Assembly: GCA_977017645.1 (NCBI GenBank)
Contig: OZ360231.1
Location: forward strand, 84,134,001 to 84,198,000
From: Torpedo marmorata
Lineage: Eukaryota
DNA length: 64,000 nt
Reading direction: 5' to 3'
Part shown: positions 1 through 12,319 of the stretch, one piece after another
How the letters are laid out: each line of letters starts with the position of its first letter
How positions within the stretch are numbered: position 1 is the first letter of the stretch
The notes under the pieces: generated by a model
What the model was told of the DNA's origin: nothing
Databases searched by the model: none
Seen by the model: the letters and a program-made list of their open reading frames with translations, nothing else
Program-made: the position numbers and the translations under genes

Positions 1-74
1 ACATACAGTACAATAACAGACCCTTCCACCCTATGAGCCTGTGCTGCCCAAATCCCCCAGTCCCCATAACACCA

Positions 75-1125
75 TACAACATTGTAACACAGAAACTGGC
101 TCTTTGGCCCTTCTGGTCTGAGCTGAACTATTATTTTGCCTCATCCCACTGACCTGCACTCAGTCCTTAGCCCTCCACACCCCTCCCATTCATATACTTG
201 TCTAAATTCTTAAATGTGAAAGTTGTGCCTACATTCACTACTTATCTGGCAGCTGGTTCCATACACCCACTACTGTGCAGAAGTTTTCCCTAATGTTCCC
301 CCAAACCTTTCCCTTTTCACCCTTAACTTATGTCCTTTGGTTTGTATCTTGCCTACCTGCATTTATTCTGTCTATACATAATTTTAAATATCTCCAAATC
401 TTCCTTCATATTTCTATACTCTAGGAAATGAAGACCTAACTTGTTTAACCTTTCCTTGTAACTCAGTTCCTGAAGTCTGGGCAACATCCTAGTAAATCTT
501 CTCTGCACTCTTGATCTTGATATCTTTCCTATAGTTAGGTGACCAAAACTGCACACAATACTCAAATTTGGTTTCACCAATGTCTTGTATAACTTTAGCA
601 TAACATCCCAACTCCTATACTCAATACTTTGATTTACAAACATCAACCTTCACAATCCTATCTACCTGTGACACCACTTTAGTGAATTACAGTATGTATT
701 TGTATTCTCTCATTTTTCTGTTCTCCACACTCCTCAGTGCCCTATCATTTACCATGCATGTCCTTTCTTGCTTTGTCCTTCCAAAATGCAACATCTCCCA
801 CTTGTCTGCATTAAATTCCATCTGCCATTTTCCAGCTCATTTTTTCCAGCTGGTCCAGATCCCTCTGCAAGCTTTGAAAGCCATCTTCACTTTCCACGTC
901 ACCTCCAATCTTTCTGTCTCTGCAAACTTGCTGAATCAATTTGTCATCTATATCAATGATCTAAATGATAGAACAACAATGAACCCAGCACCACTCCTTG
1001 AGGCACACCACTTGTCACAGGCAATCATCCCCCACCACTCTGGCTTCTCCCATAAAGCCCATGTCAAATCCAGTTTACTCTCTCATTATGAACACAGTGA
1101 CTGAACTCTCCTGGCTAACCTCTCG
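75..1125 (-). mobile_element. CR1 LINE, decayed 3' part (RT C-terminus and 3' UTR)
   Basis: Minus ORF 353-646 (IEYRSWDVMLKLYKTLVKP...RVQRRFTRMLP) is the CR1 ORF2 C-terminus; CR1-type 3' UTR lies toward position 75. Confidence 0.85.
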
Positions 1126-1129
1126 TGGC

Positions 1130-2020
1130 TATGCTTCATCCACTGCCGGTCCTTGCTCAGAAACTCACTGCAATTTGCATAAACCTTTCCACCTCTGCTC
1201 TATTCTGCCTTCACCTTTTGGTTCCCATACATATGGAATCTTGTTTTAACATCCCCCACCCAGAGTAGCACTAGCAAACCTTCCTGCGAGGATATTCGTC
1301 CCCTTCCAGTTCAGATTCAAACTGTCCTGGGAAAGGTCCCACCTTCCCTGGAAGAGAGCCCAATGATCCAGAAGTCTGGTCCTTCCTCCTGCACCATTTC
1401 TTTAGCCACATGTTAAGCTGCATTATCCTCTTACTTCTAACCTCACCATCTCATGGCACAGGTAGTAATCCCAAGATTGCAACCCTGGAGGTCCAGTCCT
1501 TCAACTTCACTCCTTGCTCCATGAACTCTTTGCAGGATCTCAGCACCCTTCCTATCCATGACATTGGTCACAACATGGACCGCAACATCTGCCTACTCAC
1601 CTGCTTGAGAATTCTGAAAACTGAGACATCCCAGAACCTCAGAGGCAACAAGCCATCTGGGATTCTCTCTTCCACAGAACCTCTTAACTGCCCCCTTACA
1701 AGGTAATCTCCTATCACCACAGCCGACTTCTTTCCCCATTCCCATCGTGACCACAAGGCCAGGATTTGTTCCAGAAACCTAACTGCCATGGCTTGTCCCT
1801 AGTAGTTTGTCACCCTCAACATTATCCAAAATGGGATGTTATTGAGGGGAATAGCCACAGGGGAGCCCTGCACTGCACTGACTGCCTGTTTCCTTTCCCT
1901 CTACTGATTGTCACCAAGCCACCTTCCTCCTACCTTACTGGTGTGATTGTATTCCTGTAACTATCACCCCTCTGCCTCAATGATCTGGAGTTCATTAAAC
2001 CTCCGCATCAATTCCGTAAT
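1130..2020 (-). mobile_element. CR1 ORF1 remnant (SGNH/esterase-like domain)
   Basis: Minus ORF 1568-1789 contains AVVIGDYLVRG, resembling the VIGDSIVRG motif of CR1 ORF1 esterase. Confidence 0.65.
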
Positions 2021-2024
2021 GCAT

Positions 2025-2605
2025 TCTTCCTGTGAGGTGACAAGAACAGAGTAATATTCCAAGTGTGGTCTGAATTTTTTAGAACTGCAACATGACCTCA
2101 GCTCTTGAACTCAATATCCTGTCTCATGAAGGCCAGCACACCACAAGCCTTCTTAACTACTCTATCAACCTGTGCAGCAACCTTGAGATATCTATGTATT
2201 TGGACACCAAGGTCCCTCTGTTCTTCTGCACTAAGGATTGTGCCATTAACCACGTACTCAGTCTTTGGGTTTGACCTTCTAAAATGCATCACCTCTCATT
2301 TATCATGATTGAACTTGTCTGCCACTTTTCTGCCCAACTCTGCATCCTGATGTATCCTTCAACACCCTTCTGCACTATGCACAACACCAACATCTGCAAC
2401 TTTCCTGACCCATCCTTCCATTGATTCATCCAGATCCTTTATTTTTTATATATGTATATGTGTGATCTCTGGGCAGAATATGTTCCATCCACTTTTTATT
2501 TTATAGAAAATCCAATTCTGAATCCACATAGCCAGGGTTCCATGGTTCTCATGACTTTCTGAATGAGTCTACCATTGGGGACATTGTCAAAAGCCTTAAA
2601 AATCC
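2025..2605 (-). mobile_element. CR1 RT fragments
   Basis: ORF 2098-2292 (EEQRDLGVQIHRYLKVAAQVDRVVKKA) and KAFDNVPNGRLIQK in ORF 2496-2807. Confidence 0.8.
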
Positions 2606-2879
2606 AGACACAGAATAGTTGAGTGCAATACCCTGCCAGAGGATGATTCCCCAGTGTGGGGTAATGGGCTCCCTGTTCGTTGATGGCAGCCACTGTTGTG
2701 GATATTGCTTTAAGATGTGACTTTACCCGGTTTGATTTGTCCAGGCAGATCCCAATTGTTGGGCTCATGAATTTTCTGCTTTTGAATTGCCTGCTATAAT
2801 GGTGCAAATATCTGGAAGAGAAATAGCAGGTTACTGTACTCAGAACCAGCTGGTGAGGGAAAAGATTTCCAGGGGATCA

Positions 2880-3100
2880 AGAGGAAGGTTTCCAGAGGGT
2901 GGTGGGTCTGGAATGAGCTGCCAGAGGAAATGGTCGAGATGGCACAATCCCAACATTTATACTCTCGGATAGGCACATGAATAGGAAATGTTTAGTGGTG
3001 TGGGGCAAATGCAGTAAAATAAGACCAGCTCAGGTCGACAACATGGTTAGCATGGAGTAGGGCTGAAGGGCCTGTGTCACTGCAATAAAATTCTCATTAC
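2880..3100 (+). mobile_element. CR1 3' end fragment
   Basis: CAGAGGGTGGTGGGTCTGGAATGAGCTGCCAGAG and GGGCTGAAGGGCCTGT, typical of the CR1 ORF2 end and tail. Confidence 0.65.
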
Positions 3101-3400
3101 ATGGCTGTCTAATCTCAGGTAACTGCATGTTTTATGAAATCTCTGAGGGATTTGTGGAAGTCATTTTCTAATTTTGTTTCAGCGAGCTGAACATTTGGTT
3201 GGGAAGTGGAATGCAGATGTAGGGAAAGCCTTCATCAATAAGTGGATGAGGAGCTACTTTGAGGCTTTTTCCAATGTCCTGGCATGGAAGGTCACTGCCT
3301 TGAAACAGACATGGAGGTGGTGGAGGTGAGGGCTGGGGTCCTTCCTTGAGACAGGGTGCTGAGATGTGCAGTTCATGCAGTGTCCATGGATAATGGTCTT

Positions 3401-5453
3401 TTTTTTAAATATTTTTAAAAATTTTAAATCACACAATACACAGTTTAAAACGCAAATTTCTCAAATTACATGTGATACATTTTCACCCTCCCCCCTCCCC
3501 CCCACCCTCCTGAAAAGAAAGAACGAAAGAAGAAGAAAAGGATAGAGTAAGGAGAATGTCAATCTAAAAAGAACAACTATAAACTGATCTTATTGTGGAG
3601 GATAGGCTCGCCAGCCAGACCCGATGTCCAGAGATCTTCAAATCCTTAAACCCACAATTTTTATATATGGGCTCCATACTTCCAAAAAGAAATGATACTT
3701 ATCACGTAAATTATATGTAATTTTTTCGAGTGGTATGCAAGAACGCAATTCTGCATGCCATCTTTCCAACCCTAAATCTACATCCGACTTCCATGTAGTG
3801 GCAATACATTTCTTAGAAATGGCCAAAGCAACACGCAAAAACTCCATCTGGTACATATTCAATTTCACTCCAACACTGGTTCCTTCAATATCTCCAAACA
3901 AAAATATCATAGGGTCCATTGGAAGTGTAGTTCCTAATACTTTATCTAAAAATTTTTTAACTTTCAACCAAAAATCATAAACTTTTGGACAAAACCATGT
4001 AGAATGTACAAAAGAACCTTCCTCTTTATTACATCTAAAACATAAACCAGATAATGTCGGATTAAATTTCTTTAGTCTTTTAGGTGTTAAATATAGTTGA
4101 TGAAAAAAATTATATTGCACCAATCTATATCTAACATTAATAATCTTCGTCATACTTTGTTTACATAATTTTTTCCAGTGTTCTTCATCTATTGTTATAT
4201 TCAAATCTTTTTCCCAATTTAATCTTGATTTATGAATTCCTGTTTTAGGAAGTTTCCTCTGTAACAATCTGTACATTTGAGAAATAAATTTAGGCACACC
4301 TCCATTAGTAACTAATAATTCCAATTCAGTCTGTCTTGGTAAGATCAAACCGCGGCCCAACCTTTCCCCTAAAAACGCCTTAATTTGATAATAAGCAAAG
4401 ATTGTATTATTTGCTACACTAAATTTATCTTCCATTCTCTGAAACGTAATAAATTTACCAGCTTCAAAACAATCATTTATTTCCTTAATTCCCTTTTGGT
4501 ACCAAATTTTAAATAGTTGATTATCAACAGTAAATGGAATAAGTTCATTTTGATATAGAGGCATTCTTCGAGAAATTGATCCTTTCGCTCCTATTTCTCT
4601 ATCCACTCTATTCCATATTTCTAGCAAGTGCCTAAAAATAGGAGAATTTTTCCCTCTTGTTAATAATAATTTAGAATTCCATTTATAAATGACTTCTTCT
4701 TTCAAATCCTCTCCTATGTTATTTAATTCTATTCTCATCCAAGCAGAGAGCTTCCCTAAATCAAACAATTCGTTAATAAATTTTAGTTGGGCTGCTTTAT
4801 AATAATATTGAAAATTAGGAAGCTTTAGACCACCCATTTCATAGTTCCATGTTAATTTCTCCAATCCTACTCTCGCCAACTTTCCTTTCCACAAAAATGT
4901 CCTAATAATTAAATTTAAATCCTTAAAAAACTTCTGAGGGATTTCATAGGGAATTGATTGAAAAAGATACAGAATTCTCGGAAAAACGTTCATTTTAATA
5001 CAATTTACCCTTCCCATTAAAGTTATAGGCAAATCCTTCCATCTCTCCAAATCCTTTTTTATATTCACAAATAGTGGTAAATAATTTAATTTATACAAAT
5101 TGGATAATTTTGTATCAATCTTTATTCCCAAATATTTAATTCCTCCCTTTGCCCATTTAAATTGTGTAATTTCTTTACAATCGCTATAGTCCCCTTGTGT
5201 TAAAGGCATAATTTCACTTTTATCCGAGTTAATCTTGTAACCAGATATTCCCCCAAATTCTTTCAATAAAACAGACAATTGTGTTAGAGAATTAATAGGT
5301 TTTGTCATATATATCAATATGTCATCTGCAAACAAACTAATTTTGTGTTCTTCCTTACCAACTTTAATACCTGCAATCTTACTATCGCCAGCATTGTTTA
5401 TTTTAGCAATAGAACCTTTAGCCGAATTAATTAGACAAGATAGTAAGATTGCA
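3401..5453 (-). mobile_element. L1-clade LINE (family A), 5'-truncated with short 5' inversion; 13-bp TSD GGATAATGGTCTT
   Basis: TSD at 3388-3400 and 5454-5466; T-run (poly-A) at ~3399-3406; segment ~5387-5455 is ORF2 sequence in the opposite orientation. Confidence 0.92.
3638..5386 (-). pseudogene. L1 ORF2 C-terminal part (RT FADD motif to CCHC finger), still open
   Basis: KISLFADDILIY, YLGI, GRVNCIKMNVFPRILYLFQ, CFRC...H...C in ORF 3638-5761. Confidence 0.9.
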
Positions 5454-5789
5454 GGATAATGGTCTTCTGAGATAAAGATGGAGGCCCAGAAGGTGTTGGA
5501 ATAAGTCCAACTAAGTTTCAGGGCAGTGTGCAAGTTGTCAGTGAAGTTGATAAAATTGCAGAGTTCTGTTTTGGTACAAGAGGCAGCACTGATGGTTGAT
5601 AGAACAGGAAGAGTTGGGGAGTGGTGAAGGATTGTCCCACACAACAGTCCATAGGTGGTCAAAACTTGGGCCTGTGTCCACATCCACATTCTGTATTCAT
5701 CCTTTTCCTTGGATGCCAGGCAGATCTGAGACCTCCAATCTCCCCCAGACTGGGATCCCATGAATCATCAGGCTTTCTTCCATGCCATA

Positions 5790-6530
5790 CAAAGAACATG
5801 GAACATAAGAGCACAGTGCAACCCCTTTAGCCCAAATGTTGTGTTGACATGTATAAACCTATTCAACAGTCCAAACCTCTCCTCCCTCATGCCCATAACC
5901 CTTTTTCTTGCATCCATGTGCCTGTCTCAGGCTTTTAAACATACTTATTGTATCAGTCTCACCACCACGACTGGCAATACATTGCAGGCGCCCATTTCTC
6001 TGTGCAGAGAAAAACCTGCCCCTGATGTCTTCCCCAAACTTTCCTCCCTTCACCTTGAGCAGACGTTCTCTGGTGTTTGCTCCTGTCACGCCAGGAGGAA
6101 GGGGCTGGCTGTCTGCCCTTTCTGCCTCAATCTTGCGGACATCCAAGTCACCTCTCCTCCTTTTCTCCAAAGATAAATGCCCAAGCAGTGCTGACCTTCC
6201 TCAGATGACATTCTACAATCCAGGTAAAACCTGGTAAAGCTCCTCTGCACCCTCTCCAGAGCTTCTACATCCTGTAATGAGGCAAACAGAACACAATACT
6301 CTAAGTGTGGTCTAACCAGAGTTTTGCAGAGCTGCAACACTACCACATGGCTCTTGAAGTCAATCCCCTGACTAATGAAGGCCAGAGTGTTGTCTGCCTT
6401 CTCAACCACCCTATCAACCTGTGTGGCAACCTTGATGGATCTATGGATTTGGACCCCAAGGTACCTCTTTGTGCATGCAAGAGAATCCTGCCTTGAACCG
6501 CATACTCTTTCAAGTTTGACATTCTCAAAT
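5790..6530 (-). mobile_element. CR1 3' fragment
   Basis: ORF 6086-6553 (KTLVRPHLEYCV...ALERVQRSFTR) plus CR1 tail. Confidence 0.85.
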
Positions 6531-6539
6531 GCATCACCG

Positions 6540-7635
6540 ACACACAGAACCACAAGCCATTTGGCCCTTCTAGTCTGCGCTAACCATTATTTCGCTAGTC
6601 CCATTGACCTCCCATTCCATAACCCTCCAGTCCTCTCCCATCCTTCTATCCAATTTATTCTTAAAACTTAAGATGGAGCCCACATTCACCACATCAGATG
6701 GCAGCCCATTCCACACTCCCACCACTCTGAGAAGAACTTTCCCCTCATGTTCCCCCTAAACCTCTTCCCTTTCAGCTTAAAACTATGACCTCTCGTATTT
6801 ATCTCCCCCAATCTAAGTGGAGAAAGCCTACTCGCATCCATTCTGTCTATACTTCTCATAATCTTGTAAACCTCTATGAAATCTCCCCTCATTCTTCTTC
6901 GCTCCAAGGAATAAAGTCCTAACCTGTTTAATCTTTCCCTGTAACTCAACTCCTAAAGACCCAGCAACATCCTAGTAAATCTTCTCTGCTCTCTTTCAAT
7001 CTTATTGATATCCTTCCTGTAGTTAGGCGACCAGAACTGCACACAATACTCCAAATTTGGCCTCCCCAATGTCTTAAACAACTTCAACATAACATCCCAA
7101 CTCCAATACTCAATACTTTAATTCATAAAAGCTAAGATGCCAAAAGCTTTCTTTACAACCCTGTCAACCTGTGACACCACCTTCAGAGAACAATGTATTG
7201 GTATTCCCAGATCACTCTGCTCCTCAGTGCCCTACCATTTACTGTGTATGTCCTACCTTGGTTTTCCCTTCCAAAATGCATCACCTCACACTTGTCTGCA
7301 TTAAACTCCATCTGCCATTTTTTGGCCTATTCTTCCAGTTGGTCCAGATCCCTCTGGAAGCTTTGAACATCTTCCTTGCTGTCCACAATGCCTCCTATCT
7401 CAGTGTCATCAGCAAACTTGCTGATCCAATTCACCACATTATCATCCAGATCATTGATATCACCGATCCCTGAGGCACACCACTAATCATAGGCCTCCAG
7501 TCTGAGAAGCAATCAGCCACTCCCACTCTGTCTTCTCCCACACAGCCAATTTCGAATCCAGTTTACAACCTCTCCATGGATACCTTGTGTCTTAACCTTC
7601 TGAACTAACCTCCCATGTGGGACTTTGTCAAAGGC
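6540..7635 (-). mobile_element. CR1 3' fragment (RT FADD region to tail)
   Basis: ORF 6686-6949 (LGLYSLERRRMRGDFIEVYKIM); WISKFADD region at ~7400-7430. Confidence 0.88.
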
Positions 7636-7638
7636 TCA

Positions 7639-7708
7639 GTGATATCAATGATCTGGATGATAATGTGGTGAATTGGATCAGCAAGTTTGCTGATGACACT
7701 GAGATAGG
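7639..7708 (-). repeat. Perfect inverted copy of 7394-7463
   Basis: 70-bp reverse-complement identity by direct reading. Confidence 0.9.
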
Positions 7709-8710
7709 GAAGAAGCTGTCCTTGTGCCATTGAGTGCTGGTCTTTAGGCTCCTGTACCTTTTCCCAATGGTAGCAGAGTGAAGAGGGCATGGCCTGGGTG
7801 GTGCGGGTCTTTGAGGATAGAGGCTGCTTTTTTAAGACACTGCCTCATGTAGATGTCCTCGATGGAGGGAAGTCTCGTGCCTGTGATGTCACAGGCCAAG
7901 TTAACAACCCTCTGGAGTTTATTCTTGTCCTGAGAGTTGGCACCTCCATACCAGGCAGAATGCTCTCCCATTCCATAACCCTCCAGTCCTCTCCCATCCT
8001 TCTATCCAATTTATTCTTAAAACTTAAGATGGAGCTCACATTCGTGACCTCAAGGCCAGGCTTTGTTCCAGAAACCTAACTGCCATGGCTTGTCCCTAGT
8101 AGTTTGTCACCCTCAACATTATCCAAAATGGGATGTTATTGAGGGGAATAGCCACAGGGGAGCCCTGCACTGCACTGACTGCCTGTTTCCTTTCCCTCTA
8201 CTGATTGTCACCAAGCCACCTTCCTCCTACCTTACTGGTGTGATTGTATTCCTGTAACTATCACCCCTGTGCCTCAATGATCTGGAGTTCATTAAACCTC
8301 CGCATCAATTCTGTAATGCATTCTTCCTGTGAGGTGACAAGAACAGAGTAATATTCCAAGTGTGGTCTGAATTTTTTAGAACTGCAACATGACCTCAGCT
8401 CTTGAACTCAATCTCCACGGTACACCTGTAGAAGTTTACGAGTCTTAGGTGACATACCAAATCTCCTCACACCTCACAAAGAAAAGCCACTGGCTAGTCT
8501 TCTTTGTGATTGCATCAACATGGAGGCTCCAGGTCAGATCCTCGGAGTTGTTGACACCCAGGAATTTGTAGTTCTTGACCCTCTCCACTACTGAGCCCTC
8601 GATGAGGACTGGGTCGTGTTCCACTGACTTCCTCCTGAAGTCCACAATCATTTCCTTGGTTTTGCTGATGTTGAGCGCAAGGTTGTTATCATTACACTAT
8701 TCAACGAGCT
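7709..8710 (-). mobile_element. Rex1/Babar LINE 3' fragment, interrupted at ~7969-8412
   Basis: ORF 8445-8651 (IVDFRRK...VERVKNYKFLGV) and ORF 7744-7971 (LQRVVNLACDITG...KDPHHPGHALFTLLP) are Rex1 ORF C-terminal motifs. Confidence 0.88.
7965..8412 (+). repeat. Composite direct copy: 7965-8043 = 6609-6687 and 8042-8412 = 1745-2115
   Basis: Near-identical by reading (about 4 substitutions in ~370 bp); ORFs 1766-1960 and 8063-8257 translate identically. Confidence 0.92.
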
Positions 8711-9499
8711 TTGTCTGTGAATGTGTAATAACGTGATCTGGGCACATGAATATGATTAACCAGGGCATCAAAGGTTATGGGGAAAAGTCCGGGCAGTGGG
8801 GCCGAGTGGGGAAATGGATCAGCTCATGATTAAATGGCAGGGCAGACTCGATGGGCTGAATAGCTCGTGTCTTGCGATCTTGATTTTAATACGGTGAATC
8901 AAACACTGCTCTCCCAGTCTTGTGTGTGCTTGTAGACAAGAACAAACCTTCTTGCTCATTGTTTAAATCTGCACACCTTGCCATCTGAGGAACAGGAACT
9001 GAACTGTGGCTTCAGCTTGTCTGAGATCAGAGGTATGTTGTCTCCTGGAGGTTCTTTTGAGTAATATGTTCCATTAAATAAAGGGTTAATCTGGGCAATG
9101 TCAACAAAAGAGGTAGTTTGGGGAATGCAATAGGTTGTGGTGTTTTCAGGAAGGTTTGCAGAATTTCAAACCTTTTGGAAAGTGTTTGAATGTGTAATCC
9201 ATGTATCTGAAACTAGTGTTATGAACCTTTGTACCAAAAGGTTGTATTGTTACCTGTATTGTCAGTGTTTTGAACATTAATTTCAAAAATATGAACATGT
9301 TTCAGGAATTGGACATTCCAGCACAGTGCAGGCCCTTCTGCCCTCTGTACTGACCCATATAATTCTACTCAACAAACTAAACCTTGCATCCATGTCCCTG
9401 TCTGTCTTTTAAATGTCCCTACTGTATCAGCATCCCCTGCAATGCATTCCAGGCACCCACTGCTGTCTGTGGTTCAAGAAAAATTAACTTGCTCATGAC

Positions 9500-9739
9500 A
9501 GCACCAATAGCCTGAATATGACTGGGATTGTCTGATCTCAGAAGCTAAGCAGGAACAGGACTGGCCAGTACTTGGAGGGGAGACCGCCTAGGAACACCAG
9601 GTGCTGCACATTTCTGTGAGGGACGTAGACAAAGTAGTGAATCTCTGTCTGCTTTACGGTAGACAAAAATTAAAGAATTTCATGTAATACTACATTTAGA
9701 ATGTAACATACGTGACAATAATGGAACGTTTACCTTTAC
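9500..9739 (+). mobile_element. 5S rRNA-derived SINE (SINE3-type) with LINE-like tail
   Basis: 9500-9609 aligns to 5S rRNA (GTCTGATCTCAGAAGCTAAGCAGG...AGTACTTGGAGGGGAGACCGCCTAGGAACACCAGGTGCTG; A box ~9543-9553, C box ~9573-9585); the ~130-bp tail ends GTGACAATAA plus TTTACC repeats. Confidence 0.8.
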
Positions 9740-10251
9740 ATCTCCCCTAAACGTTCAGCCCCCTCAACTTGTACAGATGTCCTCTGATATTTGCTGCTAT
9801 CACCCAGGGAGAAAGGTGATGGCTGTAATCTGACTTGTGCTCCTCATCTTGTAGACCTCCAAGTCACCTCTTCACCTCTTGCCCTCATATCCAAAGTGAC
9901 AATCCTGTTAACCTGACCCCTGTGGAACACCACAAGCCACTGGCAGCTAACCAGAATGATCCTGGTATTCCAACTCTGTTCCCTGCCAATCAGCCAATGC
10001 TCTTCCCCCCCCCCCCCCCTTGCTGGTATGTTCCCTGTTACAACATAGGCTCTTGTCATACCAGTGCCCTGAATGTCCTCTGGTATTTGTTGCTGTCACC
10101 CTGGGGTAAAGATGCAAGCTGTTCAGCCTAACCCTTTCTGTGTCTCATAATCTTGTAGCCCTCAGTCACCTCTCATCCTTCTCTCCTTGGAGAAAAGCCT
10201 GAGCTCTGGTCACTGTGCCTCATGTGACACATTCTCCAATTCAGGCAATGT

Positions 10252-11917
10252 TTTAGAAAATTGGAAAGATTTACCTATAACTTTAATGGGAAGGGTAAAT
10301 TGTATTAAAATGAATATTTTTCCAAGAATTCTATATCTTTTCCAATCAATTCCTTATGAAGTTCCTCAAAATTTTTTTACAGATTTAAATTCAACTATTA
10401 GAATTTTTTATGGAAAGTTAGCAAGAGTAGGTATAGAAAAATTAACTTGGAATTTTGAAATGGGTGGTTTACAACCTCCTAATTTCCAAAATTATTATAA
10501 AGCAGCTCAATTAAAATTTGTTAATGAACTTTTTGATCCAATTAAATCTTCTGCTTGGATTAAAATAGAATTAAATAATATAGAAGATTCCAAAGAAGTT
10601 ATTTATAAATGGGATTCTAAATTAATATCAACAAGAAAGAAAAATTCTCCTATTTTTAAACATTTGTTAGAAATATGGAATAAGACGGATAAGGAAATAG
10701 GGGGAAGAACAATGATGCCTTTATATCAAAATAGACTTATTCCATTTATTATTAATAATCAATTATTTAAAATTTGGTTTCAAAAAGGAATTAGGAAAAT
10801 TAATGACTGTTTTGAAGCTGGGAAATTCATTACTTTTCAAAGAATGAAAGATAAATTTAATATATTAGATAATATACTTTTTGCTTATTATCAAATTAGA
10901 GCATTTCTGATTGAGAAATTAGGTTATAGTTTGATTTTACCAAGACAGAATGAATTAGAATTATTAGTTACTAAAGGAGATGTAAAATAAATTTATTTCT
11001 CAAATGTATAAATTGTTTCAGAGGAAAACTTCTAAAGTAGGAATTCATAAATCAAGATTAAAGTGGGAATTAGATTTGAATGTAACAATAGATGAGAATC
11101 ACTGGAAAGAATTATGTAAATTAAGAATGACAAAGATTATTAATGTTAGATATAGATTAGTACAATATAATTTTTTCATCAATTATATTTAACACCTAAA
11201 AAACTAAAGAAATTTAATCCGACATTATCAGGTTTATGTTTTAGATGTAATAAAGAAGGTTCTTTTGCACATTCTACATGGTTTTGTCCAAAAGTTTATG
11301 ATTTTTGGTTGAAAGTTAAAAAAGTTTTAGATAAAGTATTTAAGATTACATTTCCAATGGATCCTATGATATTTTTGTTTGGAGATATTAGAAAATTTAG
11401 TATTAAGATGAAATTAAATATGTATCAAATAGAATTTTTCTGAATTGCTTTAGCTGTTTCAAAGAAATGTATTGCTATTACTTGGAAATCTGATTTAGAT
11501 TTAGGATTAGAAAGCTGGCATGCAGAACTTCGTTCGTGTATACCACTTGAAAAAAATTATTATAATTTACGTAATAAATACCATTTTTTCTTAAAAATTT
11601 GGAGCCCATATATGAAAGTTGTTGGTTTAAGAATTTGAAGATCTCTGAGTATCGGATCTACTGGCATACCTGACCTCCATAATAGAATTAGTTTATAGAT
11701 GTATGTTTTTTAGATTGGCATCCTCCTTACTCTATCTTTTTCTTTTTTTCTTTCTCTATTTTTATTTTATATTTTTTATTTTTATTAGATTAGTGGGGTT
11801 GGGAGGGTTGGGGAGGGGGGGTGAAAATGTATCACAAATATTTTGATAATTTCATATTTTATTTTATGTATTTTGTGATTTAACGTTTTAAATAAAATAT
11901 ATATATAAAAAAATAAA
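10252..11917 (+). mobile_element. L1 (family A), 5'-truncated; 14-bp TSD AATTCAGGCAATGT
   Basis: TSD at 10238-10251 and 11918-11931; ORFs 10187-10990 and 11004-11192 homologous to 3638-5386; A-rich tail. Confidence 0.92.
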
Positions 11918-12319
11918 AATTCAGGCAATGTCCTGGTAAATCTGCTCTGCACCCTCTCCATAGCTTCCACCTCCTTCCTGTAATGAGGTGACCAAAACTG
12001 AACAAGTGTGGTCTCACCAGAGTTTTATTGAGGTGCAACATTACTTTTCTGCTCGTGAACTCAGTCCCCTGACGAATGAAGTTTAGTGGACAATACGCTT
12101 TCTCAGTTGCCTATCAATCTGCGTGGCAACCTTGAAAGATCTGTATATTTGGACGCCAAGATCCCTCTGCTCTTTCACACTGTTAAAAGAATCCTGTGAT
12201 TAACTATTTACTCTGCCTTCAAGTTTGACCTTCCAAAATGCATCACTTCACACTAATCAGGGTTGAACTCTGTCTGCCACTTCTCCATGCAAGTCTTGAT
12301 CCTGTCTATATTGTGTTGT

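Larger units (their letters stand above)
3235..5780 (-). mobile_element. Old Penelope-like element RT remnant, split by an L1 (pieces ~3235-3400 and 5454-5780)
   Basis: ELCNFINFTDNLHTALKLSW (~5500-5580) and CTSQHPVSRKDP...FHARTLEKAS (3254-3400) match consecutive parts of the Penelope-like RT at 32111-33919 (ELVNFIHFASNIHHDLKLTW; YTSSHPVPCKDS). Confidence 0.7.

Noticed and set aside
2613-2853. Possible MITE bounded by an imperfect 17-bp inverted repeat (TGAGTGCAATACCCTGC / GCAGGTTACTGTACTCA)
   Set aside because: Three mismatches, no TSD and a single copy; too weak to call
3638-5761. 707-aa ORF as an intact gene or novel RT fusion
   Set aside because: Chance in-frame read-through from a Penelope remnant across the TSD and inverted segment into 5'-truncated L1 ORF2
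9500-9609. Functional 5S rRNA gene
   Set aside because: Diverged 5' end, many substitutions, no T-run terminator, has a retroposon tail and lies inside a CR1
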